Shown: piece by piece, positions 44,156-54,906 of the stretch | How the letters are laid out: each line of letters opens with the position of its first letter | How positions within the stretch are numbered: position 1 is the stretch's first letter | Assembly: GCA_002361775.1 (NCBI GenBank) | Contig: DETV01000048.1 | Coordinates: 2,186 to 66,185 of the forward strand | Reading direction: 5' to 3' | Origin: Eubacterium sp. UBA3279 | GTDB lineage: Bacteria; Bacillota; Clostridia; Lachnospirales; Lachnospiraceae | Length of the DNA: 64,000 nucleotides | Made by a program: the position numbers and the translations under genes | The notes under the pieces: generated by a model | What the model was told of the DNA's origin: nothing | Seen by the model: only the letters and a program-made list of their open reading frames with translations | The model's database searches: none

Positions 44156-45142
44156 TTATTTTTTGTAGTTTGCAGAAAGAGATTTTGCAACTTCATACTG
44201 ATACTCCGGAATCTCTTTGTGCATAGCCAGAGCTTCATTGATATCGAAGTCCACGTATTCTCCGTTCTTATAACCTACTACTCTCTTTGTTTTTCCTGCC
44301 AGAAGCAGATCCACTGCATAAGCTCCCATAATAGAAGCATATACTCTGTCCTTACAAGTAGGGCTTCCACCACGCTGCATATGGCCAAGAATCGTTGCTC
44401 TTGTTTCAATACCTGTGGCAGCTTCAATTCTTTTTGCCATGCTTCCGGAATGTCCAATACCTTCCGCATTAATAATGATATGGTGTTTTTTGCCACGTTT
44501 TCTGTTATCAATAATATTGTTGATGATCTTCTGCTCATCATAATCATATTTTTCCGGAAGAAGAATATCTTCTGCTCCATTGGCAATACCACACCACAAA
44601 GCAATATATCCTGCATTTCTTCCCATAACTTCAATGATACTACATCTTTCATGAGAAGTAGAAGTATCACGAACTTTGTCAATTGCTTCCATCGCAGTAT
44701 TTACTGCTGTATCAAAACCAATTGTATATTCTGTACATGCAATATCCAGGTCAATTGTTCCCGGAACACCTACGGTGTTAATTCCCAGATTTGCCAGTTT
44801 CTGTGCTCCGGCAAAGGATCCGTCACCACCGATAACAACCAGACCGTCAATTCCATACTTTTTACAAATATCTGCTGCCTGCTTCTGACCTTCTTCGGTT
44901 CTCATCTCTGCGCAACGTGCTGTATACAGAATCGTACCGCCACGTGATATCGTATCCGATACATCTCTTGCTGTCATGTCAATAATCTCTTCATTCAGCA
45001 GTCCATCATATCCTTTCTGGATACCTTTCATCTTCACGCCTTTAATCAGACCCCGGCGAACAACCGCACGGATTGCAGCATTCATGCCCGGAGCATCTCC
45101 TCCACTTGTCAATACACCAATGGTCTTGATTTCCTTAGCCAT
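44156..45142 (-). CDS. pfkA: ATP-dependent 6-phosphofructokinase
   Basis: TSGGDAPGMNA, GGDGS, TIDLD, EVMGR, GHMQRGG. Confidence 0.96.
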   Translation of the reverse strand: MAKEIKTIGVLTSGGDAPGMNAAIRAVVRRGLIKGVKMKGIQKGYDGLLNEEIIDMTARDVSDTISRGGTILYTARCAEMRTEEGQKQAADICKKYGIDGLVVIGGDGSFAGAQKLANLGINTVGVPGTIDLDIACTEYTIGFDTAVNTAMEAIDKVRDTSTSHERCSIIEVMGRNAGYIALWCGIANGAEDILLPEKYDYDEQKIINNIIDNRKRGKKHHIIINAEGIGHSGSMAKRIEAATGIETRATILGHMQRGGSPTCKDRVYASIMGAYAVDLLLAGKTKRVVGYKNGEYVDFDINEALAMHKEIPEYQYEVAKSLSANYKK

Positions 45143-45203
45143 AACCTTTCCCTCCATGTTGTTTATCTAAATTCAAATCACTTGTCATATTATCGTTCTT
45201 ATT

Positions 45204-48200
45204 TTAATGCATCTTGCTCTGTTTTTCAATACTCTTTTCTACAACTTTCACGTTTTCTGTGCCGTATTCTCTCGTCAACATTTCCACAAGACTGTTATTG
45301 ATCAGCACACTCCTGGATGCAGGAAGCCGTTTCATCATTCTTTCCTTCTTCAAAAACACCACCACCTGATCATTTCCGTCAGAATTGGCAAGAAGTTCAT
45401 AGAGATGATGAACCTGCTGTTCATACTCTGTTTTTCCTTCAAATTGTACCCAGATTTCTTTCGGAATCGACTCAAAAGAAGATATCTTTTCGCAGATCAG
45501 CTTGCTGGGTTTATCATCTTCCGCCGACACTCTTCCCTGGATAAATACCTTTGCATCCACTTCCATCATATGGGCATTTTTCTCATAATCCCTTGGAAAT
45601 ACTACTATTTCCATTGTTCCCACCAGATCTTCCAGTGTAAGAAAAGCCATAATCTTGTTATTTCTTGTATACTTGATGGTCTTTTCTGTGATCATTCCTC
45701 CCACGATCTGTTTTGATCCATCCAGCACATGAGGCTGCCCCGTTTCTTCATCCGGGTAAAAATCGGAAGTAACCGCCGATATATTTTTTCTCCAGCTCTG
45801 TTCATATTCTTCCAGAGGATGTCCGCTGATATACACTCCCAGAACTTCTTTTTCGAAGGCCAGTTTTGTTTCTCTTGAATATTCTCCCACATCCGGCAAT
45901 TTTATCTCAAAGCTTTTTCTTTCTTCCTCTCCCATAATATCAAACAGGCTCATCTGGCCACTCATGGAAGACTTTTTCTCCTGGTTTACAGAATCCAGAA
46001 TCTGAATATAAATCATCATAAACTGTTTTCTTGTTCCTCCCAGACCGTCAAAAGCTCCTGATTTAATAAAATTCTCTATGGTTCTTTTATTCACTTCTTT
46101 TCCCGTTAAGCGCTGACAAAAATCCTTCAGGGATATAAAATCACCGGCCAGTTCTCTCTCTGCCACAATAGCATCCATCACCGGTTTTCCAATACCTTTT
46201 ACCGCTGACAACCCATAGCGGATACCGCCTTCTTCTACAGAAAAATTTCCCACACTTCTATTAATATCCGGAGGGAGGATTTTAATTCCCATCTGTCGGC
46301 AGGTAAGGATATATTCAGAAACTTTTGAAGGATTTTCTATACAGGACGTCATAAGCGCCGCCATAAATTCCACCGGATAATAATACTTCAGCCATGCCGT
46401 CTGATAAGATACCACCGCATATGCCGCCGCATGAGATTTATTAAAAGCATATTTGGCAAAATCTGTCATATCATCGTAAATTTTATTGGCCACTTTCTCT
46501 TCAATTCCTCTGGAAATACAGCCGGGAACCCCTTCATCCGGATTACCGTACACAAAGTTCTGTCTTTCTTTTGCCATTACCGCCGCTTTTTTCTTTGACA
46601 TGGCGCGGCGCACCAGATCGCTTCGTCCCAGCGTATATCCCGCCAGATCACGCACGATCTGCATTACCTGCTCCTGATAGACGATACATCCGTAGGTAGG
46701 CTCCAAAATCGGCTCCAACTGGGGACAATCATACGTAATCTCTTCCGGATGGTTTTTTCCTTTGATATACTGGGGGATAAAGTCCATCGGACCTGGACGA
46801 TACAAAGAAATACCTGCAATAATATCTTCCAGACTCTGAGGTTTTAATTCTTTCATAAAGTTCTTCATCCCGGCGCTTTCCAACTGAAACACACCTTCAC
46901 ATTTTCCACTGCCGATCATCCGCAGCACTGCCGGATCATTATAGTCAATCTTATCCATATCCAGCGCTGTTCCCGTACTTCTCTCCACCAGCTTCACTGC
47001 ATTTTGAATCACCGTCAACGTACGAAGTCCCAGAAAATCCATTTTCAGCAGTCCCAGTTCTTCCAGTGTAGTCATGGTAAACTGGGTGGTAATAGAACCG
47101 TCCGAAGCTCTGGATAAGGGCACATACTCATCCACATCTTTCTGACTGATCACCACTCCCGCCGCGTGCATAGACGTATGCCGGGGAAGTCCCTCCAGAC
47201 GTCTGGACATATCGATCAAATATTTAATCTGCGAATCTTCCTCGTATTTTTTCTTTAATTCCGGATTCATATCCAGCGCTTTATTTATGGTAATATTCAG
47301 TTCATTGGGAATCATTTTCGCAATGGTGTCCACCTGGGCATAAGGTAGATCCAACACTCTTCCCACATCTCGGATCACACCTCTGGCAGCCAGTGTTCCA
47401 AAAGTTACAATCTGCACCACCCGGTCTTTTCCATACTTTCTCACCACGTAATCAATAACTTCCTGTCTTCTTTCAAAACAGAAATCAATATCGATATCCG
47501 GCATGGATACACGTTCCGGATTAAGAAAACGCTCAAAAAGAAGTTGGTAACGAATCGGATCCAATTTGGTAATTCCCAGCGTATATGCCACCAGACTTCC
47601 CGCTGCAGAACCTCGTCCCGGTCCTACCATAATTTCGTGATCTCTGGCATATTTGATAAAATCCCACACAATAAGGAAATAATCCACATATCCCATCGTT
47701 TGGATCGTATCCAATTCATATTTTAATCGCTCCCGCAATTCCTCTGTTACAGGATGGTATCTTTCTTCCAGCCCTTCATAACAAAGCTTATTCAGATATT
47801 CCCAGGATGTATAACCTTCAGGAACATCAAATTTGGGAAGTTTCGTCACTCCAAACTCTATATCCACATGACACCGATCTGCAATTTTCTGAGTATTTTC
47901 CAGCGCTTCCGGCGCATAAGGGAACAGTTGAGCCATTTCCTGGGGGGACTTTACATAATACTGCCCCCCTTCATATCTCATTCTGTCCTCATCTTCCACT
48001 TTCTTTCCGGTCTGAATACACAACAAAATATCATGAGCCGCCGCATCCTCAGCATAAGTATAATGTATGTCATTGGTGCAGACCAAACCAATTCCCGTCT
48101 CCCGGTTCATACGGATCAACTGCTGGTTCACCATCTGCTGTTGGGGAATTCCATGGTCCTGAAGTTCCAGAAAGAAATTATTCTTTCCGAAAATTTCTTC

Positions 48201-48692
48201 ATATTTTAATGCTGCCCGTTTTCCTTCCTCATAAAGACCTTTCGAAAGATACCGAGCCACTTCCCCTGCCAGACAGGCGCTAAGCGCAATTACCCCTTCG
48301 TGATATTTTTTCAGCACATCTATGTCTACTCTCGGCTTATAATAATAGCCTTCCACAAAACCTGCCGAAACAATTTTCATCAGGTTACTATATCCCTGAT
48401 TATTTTCTGCCAGAAGTACCAGATGATAATATCTGTCCTCTCCGGTCTGAGTCTCTTTATCAAACCGGGAACCAGGCGCCACGTAGACCTCACACCCCAG
48501 AATGGGATTGATCTCCGCTTCTTTTGCAGCGCGGTAAAAATCAATAACCCCAAACATAACTCCATGGTCTGTGATTGCAGCGCTGTTCATCCCTAATTCT
48601 TTCACTCTGGCCACATATTCTTTAATTTTATTGGAACCATCCAAAAGGCTGTATTCCGTATGCACATGTAAATGAGAAAAATTCACTTTCAC
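45204..48692 (-). CDS. dnaE: DNA polymerase III alpha subunit
   Basis: PHP HLHVHTEYSLLDG, GRGSAAGS, MPDIDIDF, YAFNKSH. Confidence 0.97.
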   Translation of the reverse strand: MKVNFSHLHVHTEYSLLDGSNKIKEYVARVKELGMNSAAITDHGVMFGVIDFYRAAKEAEINPILGCEVYVAPGSRFDKETQTGEDRYYHLVLLAENNQGYSNLMKIVSAGFVEGYYYKPRVDIDVLKKYHEGVIALSACLAGEVARYLSKGLYEEGKRAALKYEEIFGKNNFFLELQDHGIPQQQMVNQQLIRMNRETGIGLVCTNDIHYTYAEDAAAHDILLCIQTGKKVEDEDRMRYEGGQYYVKSPQEMAQLFPYAPEALENTQKIADRCHVDIEFGVTKLPKFDVPEGYTSWEYLNKLCYEGLEERYHPVTEELRERLKYELDTIQTMGYVDYFLIVWDFIKYARDHEIMVGPGRGSAAGSLVAYTLGITKLDPIRYQLLFERFLNPERVSMPDIDIDFCFERRQEVIDYVVRKYGKDRVVQIVTFGTLAARGVIRDVGRVLDLPYAQVDTIAKMIPNELNITINKALDMNPELKKKYEEDSQIKYLIDMSRRLEGLPRHTSMHAAGVVISQKDVDEYVPLSRASDGSITTQFTMTTLEELGLLKMDFLGLRTLTVIQNAVKLVERSTGTALDMDKIDYNDPAVLRMIGSGKCEGVFQLESAGMKNFMKELKPQSLEDIIAGISLYRPGPMDFIPQYIKGKNHPEEITYDCPQLEPILEPTYGCIVYQEQVMQIVRDLAGYTLGRSDLVRRAMSKKKAAVMAKERQNFVYGNPDEGVPGCISRGIEEKVANKIYDDMTDFAKYAFNKSHAAAYAVVSYQTAWLKYYYPVEFMAALMTSCIENPSKVSEYILTCRQMGIKILPPDINRSVGNFSVEEGGIRYGLSAVKGIGKPVMDAIVAERELAGDFISLKDFCQRLTGKEVNKRTIENFIKSGAFDGLGGTRKQFMMIYIQILDSVNQEKKSSMSGQMSLFDIMGEEERKSFEIKLPDVGEYSRETKLAFEKEVLGVYISGHPLEEYEQSWRKNISAVTSDFYPDEETGQPHVLDGSKQIVGGMITEKTIKYTRNNKIMAFLTLEDLVGTMEIVVFPRDYEKNAHMMEVDAKVFIQGRVSAEDDKPSKLICEKISSFESIPKEIWVQFEGKTEYEQQVHHLYELLANSDGNDQVVVFLKKERMMKRLPASRSVLINNSLVEMLTREYGTENVKVVEKSIEKQSKMH

Positions 48693-48810
48693 ACCTCTTA
48701 ATCTCAGACATAAAAAAGCTGCCTTTCAAAAACATCCACGGGAATTCCCTCTTCCAGACACTATCTGCAATAAGGAAATCCCCCCTGAGAATGTTCTATT
48801 CCGACAGCCT

Positions 48811-49407
48811 TTATCTTTCTACTTCAGTTTTTTTAGCTAAAACATTCAGCCACTGTCCGTCCGTTTTTCCTGAACGGGCATCCTGGGTTGTCCAAATATT
48901 GATCAGCTCCAGTTCCGGAAATTCTTCCATCAATCCGCTCAGCTCTTTTTTCGAGTAATCCCGAAAATAACGTCCGTTATATATTCCATCCCGATTTCCC
49001 TTATGCACGGAGAAATACAGAATGCCATCCGTCTTCAGTGCAAGCACCAGTTTTTTCATCACATCCCGCATCTCTTCATCTGTAAGATGCACCAGAGACG
49101 CACAGGCCCAGATTCCATCAAAAACATTATCGAATTCCATCTCTTCATATGTCATCTGAAGCACTTCCTGATCCGTGTTCACCTCTGCCAGTTTACACAT
49201 CTCCTCAGATCCATCCATGGCAGTGACATAGAAGCCTCTTTCTTCTAATGTAATTGTATCTCTTCCTGAACCGCACCCCAGATCCAGCACTTCTGCATTT
49301 TCCGGTAACAGTTCCATAAATGGCTCTATAACCTCAGTCATATCCACATCTACTGTTTCTTCATAATACGGTACCGCATATCGGTTATAATAGTCTATCG
49401 AGTCCAA
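48811..49407 (-). CDS. Class I SAM-dependent methyltransferase
   Basis: VLDLGCGSGRD, DGIWACASLVH. Confidence 0.88.
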   Translation of the reverse strand: MDSIDYYNRYAVPYYEETVDVDMTEVIEPFMELLPENAEVLDLGCGSGRDTITLEERGFYVTAMDGSEEMCKLAEVNTDQEVLQMTYEEMEFDNVFDGIWACASLVHLTDEEMRDVMKKLVLALKTDGILYFSVHKGNRDGIYNGRYFRDYSKKELSGLMEEFPELELINIWTTQDARSGKTDGQWLNVLAKKTEVER

Positions 49408-49559
49408 CGAAAATCCTCCTTTTATTTTTCACGATGCCAGGATCAAAAGGCCATAAATCACATTGTGCTTGCAGATAAATAGTCTTATACTTTTATGACC
49501 AACCCCTCACGGCAATATCAAATTTAGTATAGCAATAATATCAAAAAAAATCAACATTT

Positions 49560-50399
49560 CTACAGTCGGAAAATCCTTTTATCTTTAATCTCCACCTTTT
49601 TGTCTTTTAAGAGATGGCCTACTGCCCGCTTAAAAGCAGCCTTACTCAATCCAAATTCTCTTCTTATCACTTCCGGAGAAACCTTATCATCAAAAGGAAG
49701 TACCCCGGCAAATTCGTCCAGCACTTTCATTATCAGTTCTGCATCATCATCAATCTGTTCATAGGCCTTTTTTCTCGGTGACAGATTCAGCTTGCCGTCT
49801 TCTCTCACACTGGTAACACGGCATCGCAACTGTTCTCCCGGACGATAATCCCCCTGTGCTTCTTTCTTTGGTATCAGACCGGAATACTGATCATCCACCG
49901 CCACAAATACTCCGAAATTATCGCTGACTTCGTATACCCGTCCTTCCACTTCATCTCCCAGTACATACGGGGAATTCTGTTTCAGATAAGGATATACTTT
50001 CATAGTAGCGCAAAGACGGGAACTTTTGTCAATATAAAGCCCTACAAGCACCTGCTGTCCTGCCTGAACCCGTCTTGTCTGTTCTCTGAAGGGAAGAAGC
50101 AGATCTTTTTCCAGTCCCCAGTTCAAAAATGCGCCGATTTTCCCCACTTCTGCCACCGTAAGAACAGCCGTCTGGTGTAAGGTAATAAGCGGCACTCTGG
50201 TAGTGGCAATCATTCTGTCAGCAGAATCTTTGTAAATAAACACTTCCAGGCGATCTCCCATTCCTGTTCCTTCCGGTACCTGTTTTCCCGGAAGCAGTAC
50301 CTTTTCTTTTTCACTATTTTCGCCTTCTTCTCCCAGATACACTCCAAATTCTACTTTTTTCACTACCTGAAGTGTCTGTCTTTTCCCCAATTCAATCAT
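49560..50399 (-). CDS. CvfB-like S1 RNA-binding protein
   Basis: GAFLNWGLEKDLLLPF, SKAAFKRAVGHLLK. Confidence 0.88.
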   Translation of the reverse strand: MIELGKRQTLQVVKKVEFGVYLGEEGENSEKEKVLLPGKQVPEGTGMGDRLEVFIYKDSADRMIATTRVPLITLHQTAVLTVAEVGKIGAFLNWGLEKDLLLPFREQTRRVQAGQQVLVGLYIDKSSRLCATMKVYPYLKQNSPYVLGDEVEGRVYEVSDNFGVFVAVDDQYSGLIPKKEAQGDYRPGEQLRCRVTSVREDGKLNLSPRKKAYEQIDDDAELIMKVLDEFAGVLPFDDKVSPEVIRREFGLSKAAFKRAVGHLLKDKKVEIKDKRIFRL

Positions 50400-50482
50400 G
50401 CAATTTTCTCCTTTTCTTATCTAAACCTTCGCACATTTCAAATACGTTCTGGCGGATACCTAAACAACATACCGCTAACTAC

Positions 50483-51184
50483 TCACTCAAATTCTATTAT
50501 GGCATAAGGATTTTTCTTTTCATCACACAGGGACACTATCCATTTTTCCTGATCATAAGATACTTCCGGGACGATCACATCTCCCAGCACCGCCTGTTTT
50601 TTATACTCCGCTCTCATCTGATGAACAGGAAAATCTTCCGGAATATAATCCTGAGCCATTCTGACATACTGCCCGTTATTCACATGATGGTTTGTGTCCA
50701 GATGATGATGTTTCACCGTAAAAGCTTCCTTTTTTTCTCCCTGTTCCAAAATTACTATTTTTCTCGGAGCATACTCCATATCTAATTTTTCTTCTATTTT
50801 ATATGCATCCTTTTCTTCTGGCAATATCCGACAGGGAATTCCTTTTTCCAAATCAAGAAAACTCCACAGAGAATTGGCATAAGCCAGAATTTCCCCTTCT
50901 TCTGTTTTCAAAAGAAAGTTACGTCCTCCGTAAAATCCCTTAAATTCATAAGGCCAGGTACAGGCTACAATTTTTTCACCCAGCGAGGGATAACGATTCA
51001 CACAAATCTGCCATCCTGACAACACCCATATTTTCCTGATCTGTTCCAAAACTTCCATTCCTCTTCCCACAGACTGGGAGTGAAATGTAGTACAATCCTG
51101 AAAATAATTCAAAATGCTGTTTAAGGTTATTTTTTTATCTTCTCCAATTTCACTGTATCTTACGCGGCTCTCAAAAGTATACAT
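50483..51184 (-). CDS. Acyl-ACP thioesterase
   Basis: RVRYSE, LDTNHHVNNGQY. Confidence 0.88.
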   Translation of the reverse strand: MYTFESRVRYSEIGEDKKITLNSILNYFQDCTTFHSQSVGRGMEVLEQIRKIWVLSGWQICVNRYPSLGEKIVACTWPYEFKGFYGGRNFLLKTEEGEILAYANSLWSFLDLEKGIPCRILPEEKDAYKIEEKLDMEYAPRKIVILEQGEKKEAFTVKHHHLDTNHHVNNGQYVRMAQDYIPEDFPVHQMRAEYKKQAVLGDVIVPEVSYDQEKWIVSLCDEKKNPYAIIEFE

Positions 51185-51257
51185 ATTTCCTCCTGAAAAT
51201 CAAGATTCACTGCCGATGACAGGAAACGACTTCCCGTCTTTTACATCACTATATGCT

Positions 51258-51290
51258 AAAAAAAGCTCTGGATAAATCTATCCAGAGCTT
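51258..51290 (-). terminator. tRNA terminator
   Basis: AAGCTCTGGATA-loop-TATCCAGAGCTT then T-run. Confidence 0.85.
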
Positions 51291-51294
51291 CAAG

Positions 51295-51366
51295 CTGGGC
51301 TACAAGGATTCGAACCTTGAAATGACGGAGTCAGAGTCCGTTGCCTTACCATTTGGCGATAGCCCA
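51295..51366 (-). tRNA. tRNA-Gln(CTG)
   Basis: TGGGCTA acceptor stem, ACGGA-CTCTGAC-TCCGT anticodon arm, GTTCGAATC T-loop; CCA not encoded. Confidence 0.95.
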
Positions 51367-51403
51367 TCATCATCTTGTCGTCTGTACCTCAGCGACAAGA
51401 TGT

Positions 51404-51432
51404 ATTATATCTTACCTCTCAAAAAAATGCAA
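51404..51432 (-). promoter_or_regulatory. Sigma-A promoter of tRNA-Gln
   Basis: TTGCAT-N17-TATAAT. Confidence 0.7.
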
Positions 51433-51474
51433 GTACTTTTTTTAATTTTTTTAAATTTTTTTATTTTGTGATTT

Positions 51475-52647
51475 TTACCCCAAATAACTGGTATCTACCG
51501 TAATGACACACACATACCGGGGATCCAGACGCTTCATTTCCATGGCGATGGTTTTCTTCAGATAATTCTGCTGTTCCCGGTCATAAGAAAAGGGAACCAG
51601 AATATCAAAAATCAGATTAATCTGCTTCTCACCCTGAACGAGACGGAAATCATGAAAGGTTACCTGTTCGTCAATATTCTTCAGAACCTGTTCCACTTCT
51701 TCTCTTACTTTCAAAACTCTCTGGTCCCTGGTTTCTACCGGGTCCATATGAATCACCAGGAATACCCCTGTTTTTTTACTCACTTCCCGTTCAATTCTGT
51801 CTATAATCTCATGGGACACCTCTATATCCGTATCCCGGGGGACTTCTGCATGAATAGACGCCATACTCCGATTGGGACCATAATTATGAATGATCAAATC
51901 ATGAGTTCCCACAATTCCCTCATAGTTTTCCACCTGTTCACGGATTTCCCTGGCCAATTCCGGATCTGCCGCCTGCCCGATCAGAGGCTCCAATGTATCT
52001 CTGGCAATTCCGATACCCGCCCACACAACCAGAAGGGATACGATCAGTCCTGCCACCGCATCAATATTTACGCTGGTAAACCGGAAAATAAGTATAGAAA
52101 GTATTGTGGCGCTGGTGGTTACCACATCGCCCATGGAATCGGCAGCTACTGCCAACATTACTTTAGAATCAATCCGTTTTCCCAGTTTTTTGTTAAATAA
52201 CCCCATCCACAGCTTTACTCCCACAGACAGTACCAGAATTAAAAATGGTATCAGATTAAACACCATCTCTTCCGGATTGCGTAATTTTCCAATACTGGAT
52301 TTAAAAAGGCTGAAGCCCACCTGGATAACCAGGAAAGATACCACCAATGCAGATATATACTCGATTCTTCCATGGCCGAAAGGATGTTCCTCGTCCGCCG
52401 GTTTTTCTGCCATCTTTACTCCTATAAAACTGATAATGGAAGAGGCAGCATCGGAAAGATTATTAAACGCGTCTGCCATAACCGCTATACTGTGCATCAG
52501 CACACCGATCACCAGTTTTACCAGAAACAGCAAAACGTTGCAGAAAATCCCCACCTGGCTGGAAAGTATCCCGTAGGCGCTGCGTACCTTTGTATCGTCT
52601 GTCTGATCTGGATTTTTGATAAACTTTTTCACTAAAAATTCTGTCAT
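51475..52647 (-). CDS. Cation diffusion facilitator transporter
   Basis: ADAFNNLSD, HPFGHGRIEY, HDLIIHNYG, IHMDP. Confidence 0.92.
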   Translation of the reverse strand: MTEFLVKKFIKNPDQTDDTKVRSAYGILSSQVGIFCNVLLFLVKLVIGVLMHSIAVMADAFNNLSDAASSIISFIGVKMAEKPADEEHPFGHGRIEYISALVVSFLVIQVGFSLFKSSIGKLRNPEEMVFNLIPFLILVLSVGVKLWMGLFNKKLGKRIDSKVMLAVAADSMGDVVTTSATILSILIFRFTSVNIDAVAGLIVSLLVVWAGIGIARDTLEPLIGQAADPELAREIREQVENYEGIVGTHDLIIHNYGPNRSMASIHAEVPRDTDIEVSHEIIDRIEREVSKKTGVFLVIHMDPVETRDQRVLKVREEVEQVLKNIDEQVTFHDFRLVQGEKQINLIFDILVPFSYDREQQNYLKKTIAMEMKRLDPRYVCVITVDTSYLG

Positions 52648-52683
52648 TATTACCTCACCTTCATTCCCCTTCTCTTCTCTTCT

Positions 52684-52765
52684 ATCCTAATCACTGCTTC
52701 TGTGTTCGTCAAGTATAACCTTTTGCCCCGGTATCATTTACATTGTTTTTACAAAATGATATAAT
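52684..52765. promoter_or_regulatory. Divergent sigma-A promoters (CDF minus, pncB plus)
   Basis: Minus TTGACG-N17-TAGGAT (52712-52684); plus TTTACA-N17-TATAAT with TG (52737-52765). Confidence 0.55.
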
Positions 52766-52806
52766 GAGGAAAATTTAGATTGTTCTGTCTGAAACGGAGG
52801 AATATC

Positions 52807-54276
52807 ATGAGAGCATTAGATTTAACATTACTGACTGATTTATATGAACTGACTATGATGCAGGGATATTTTAAAAATCCCACAAATCAAATCGTAGTTT
52901 TCGATGCATTTTACAGAAAAAATCCCTGTGACGGCGGTTATGCCATTGCTGCCGGACTGGAACAGATTGTGGAATATATCCGGGATCTGCACTTTACGCC
53001 GGATGATGTGGATTATCTGAGAAGTCTTAATATTTTTGATGAAGATTTTCTGGAATACCTGAGAGGATTTCATTTTACAGGAGATATTTATGCTATTCCG
53101 GAAGGAACAGTTGTATTTCCCCGGGAACCTCTCTTAAAAGTGATCGCTCCTATGATGGAAGCTCAGTTGGTGGAAACCGCCATTTTGAACATTATTAATC
53201 ATCAAAGTCTGATCGCCACAAAAGCCGCCCGGGTAGTGTACGCCGCAAAGGGTGACGGTATTATGGAATTTGGTCTGCGCCGCGCCCAGGGACCGGATGC
53301 GGGAATCTACGGAGCAAGAGCTGCCATGATCGGCGGCTGTATTGGTACTTCCAATGTACTGACCGGAAAAATGTTTTCCGTTCCTGTAAAGGGAACTCAC
53401 GCCCACAGTTGGATCATGAGTTTTCCTGACGAATATACGGCGTTTAAAACTTATGCCCAGATGTATCCCTCTGCCTGTATTCTGCTGGTAGATACTTATG
53501 ATGTACTGGATTCCGGCGTTCCCAATGCCATCCGTGTATTCAGGGAAATGAAAGAGCAGTATCCTGACTTCAAAAATTACGGTATCCGTATCGACAGCGG
53601 AGACTTGGCTTATCTGTCCAAAGAAGCATATAAGATGTTGGATGAAGCCGGATTTGGAGACGCTATTATTTCCGCCTCCAGCGATCTGGACGAATATCTT
53701 ATCGACAGCCTGAAAGCCCAGGGTGCAAAGATTAATTCCTGGGGTGTGGGAACTAATCTGATCACCTCAAAAGACTGCCCGGCTTTTGGCGGCGTATACA
53801 AACTGGCTGCCATCAAAGACAACCCTGAGGAAGATTTTGTTCCCAAGATTAAGCTTTCCGAAAACACAGAAAAAATCACAAATCCGGGAAATAAAACTAT
53901 TTATCGTATTTATGACAAAAAAACCGGGAAAATCCGCGCTGATCTGATTTGTCTTGCAGATGAGATTTTTGATGAAACAAAAGATATGATTATTTTTGAT
54001 CCTGTAGAAACCTGGAAAAAGACAAAAATCAAAGGCGGCTCCTACACCCTCCGGGAACTTCTGGTTCCTGTTTTCCAGAAAGGACTTTGTGTCTATACCT
54101 CTCCCTCCGTTATGGAGATGCGGGAAATCTGTCAGAAAGAACAGAATACTCTGTGGCCGGAAACACGTCGTCTGGTAAATCCCCATGAGGTTTATGTGGA
54201 TCTTTCAGACAGGCTTTACAAAATGAAATCTGAACTTTTAGAAGAAATGAGTCTGAAATCTCTTCAACTCCAATAA
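52807..54276 (+). CDS. pncB: Nicotinate phosphoribosyltransferase
   Basis: LLTDLYELTM, EFGLRRAQG, GTHAHSW, RIDSGDL; GGAGG RBS before ATG 52807. Confidence 0.95.
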   Translation: MRALDLTLLTDLYELTMMQGYFKNPTNQIVVFDAFYRKNPCDGGYAIAAGLEQIVEYIRDLHFTPDDVDYLRSLNIFDEDFLEYLRGFHFTGDIYAIPEGTVVFPREPLLKVIAPMMEAQLVETAILNIINHQSLIATKAARVVYAAKGDGIMEFGLRRAQGPDAGIYGARAAMIGGCIGTSNVLTGKMFSVPVKGTHAHSWIMSFPDEYTAFKTYAQMYPSACILLVDTYDVLDSGVPNAIRVFREMKEQYPDFKNYGIRIDSGDLAYLSKEAYKMLDEAGFGDAIISASSDLDEYLIDSLKAQGAKINSWGVGTNLITSKDCPAFGGVYKLAAIKDNPEEDFVPKIKLSENTEKITNPGNKTIYRIYDKKTGKIRADLICLADEIFDETKDMIIFDPVETWKKTKIKGGSYTLRELLVPVFQKGLCVYTSPSVMEMREICQKEQNTLWPETRRLVNPHEVYVDLSDRLYKMKSELLEEMSLKSLQLQ

Positions 54277-54282
54277 TCATTC

Positions 54283-54324
54283 ATATAGCCATCCAAAGCG
54301 CTGACTTCGGATGGCTATATTTTT
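54283..54324. terminator. Terminator between convergent pncB and spoVT
   Basis: ATATAGCCATCC/GGATGGCTATAT 12-bp stem. Confidence 0.75.
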
Positions 54325-54357
54325 ATACTCTCCCTATAAGTTATCTTCTGCAATTAT

Positions 54358-54906
54358 TTAATCTTCCATCTGACGTCCCAAAAATCCTGCCGCAATCTGA
54401 GTCACTTTTCTTTCTGTTTCCGTCATAACGCTTCCTTCTTTTTTATTGAGAACAATCACTCCTCCTATGACATCTCCTGCTGCAATGATCGGATATATGA
54501 TCCTAAATCCCGTCTTGTCCCTCTCATCTTCTGTGATGGGAATCCATTGTTTTTCTTTCTCACCGGCACAGACAACTTCTCTGTTTTTCAACACCTCTTC
54601 CAATTCCCTGCTTATGGCTTTTCCCTGATATTCCTGCTGTCGGGAACCTCCTGCCGCCACAATCTGATCATAATCAGAAATACATACCGTACCTCCCATA
54701 GCCTGGGACATGGCCTGAACAAATCCCCGCACTGTATTCCCCAAATCCTCCATGGGAGAGTATTTTTTCAGCACAATTTCTCCTTCTCTCCCTGTAAATA
54801 TCTCCATAGGCTCGCCTTCTCTTATATGAAGCGTTCTCCGAATTTCTTTTGGGATCACAACCCGGCCCAAATCATCTATACGACGGACAATTCCTGTTGC
54901 TTTCAT
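54358..54906 (-). CDS. spoVT: Stage V sporulation protein T
   Basis: MKATGIVRRIDDLGRVVIPKEIRRT AbrB domain plus GAF-like C-terminus ending FLGRQME. Confidence 0.92.
   Translation of the reverse strand: MKATGIVRRIDDLGRVVIPKEIRRTLHIREGEPMEIFTGREGEIVLKKYSPMEDLGNTVRGFVQAMSQAMGGTVCISDYDQIVAAGGSRQQEYQGKAISRELEEVLKNREVVCAGEKEKQWIPITEDERDKTGFRIIYPIIAAGDVIGGVIVLNKKEGSVMTETERKVTQIAAGFLGRQMED

Noticed and set aside
44219-44947. 242-aa plus-strand ORF opposite pfkA (and similar ones opposite lysS, galK-like and the hydrolase gene)
   Set aside because: Antisense shadows of conserved housekeeping genes
51200-51366. Mobile element integrated at tRNA-Gln
   Set aside because: No integrase and no duplicated 3' tRNA fragment; the terminator is followed by a housekeeping gene
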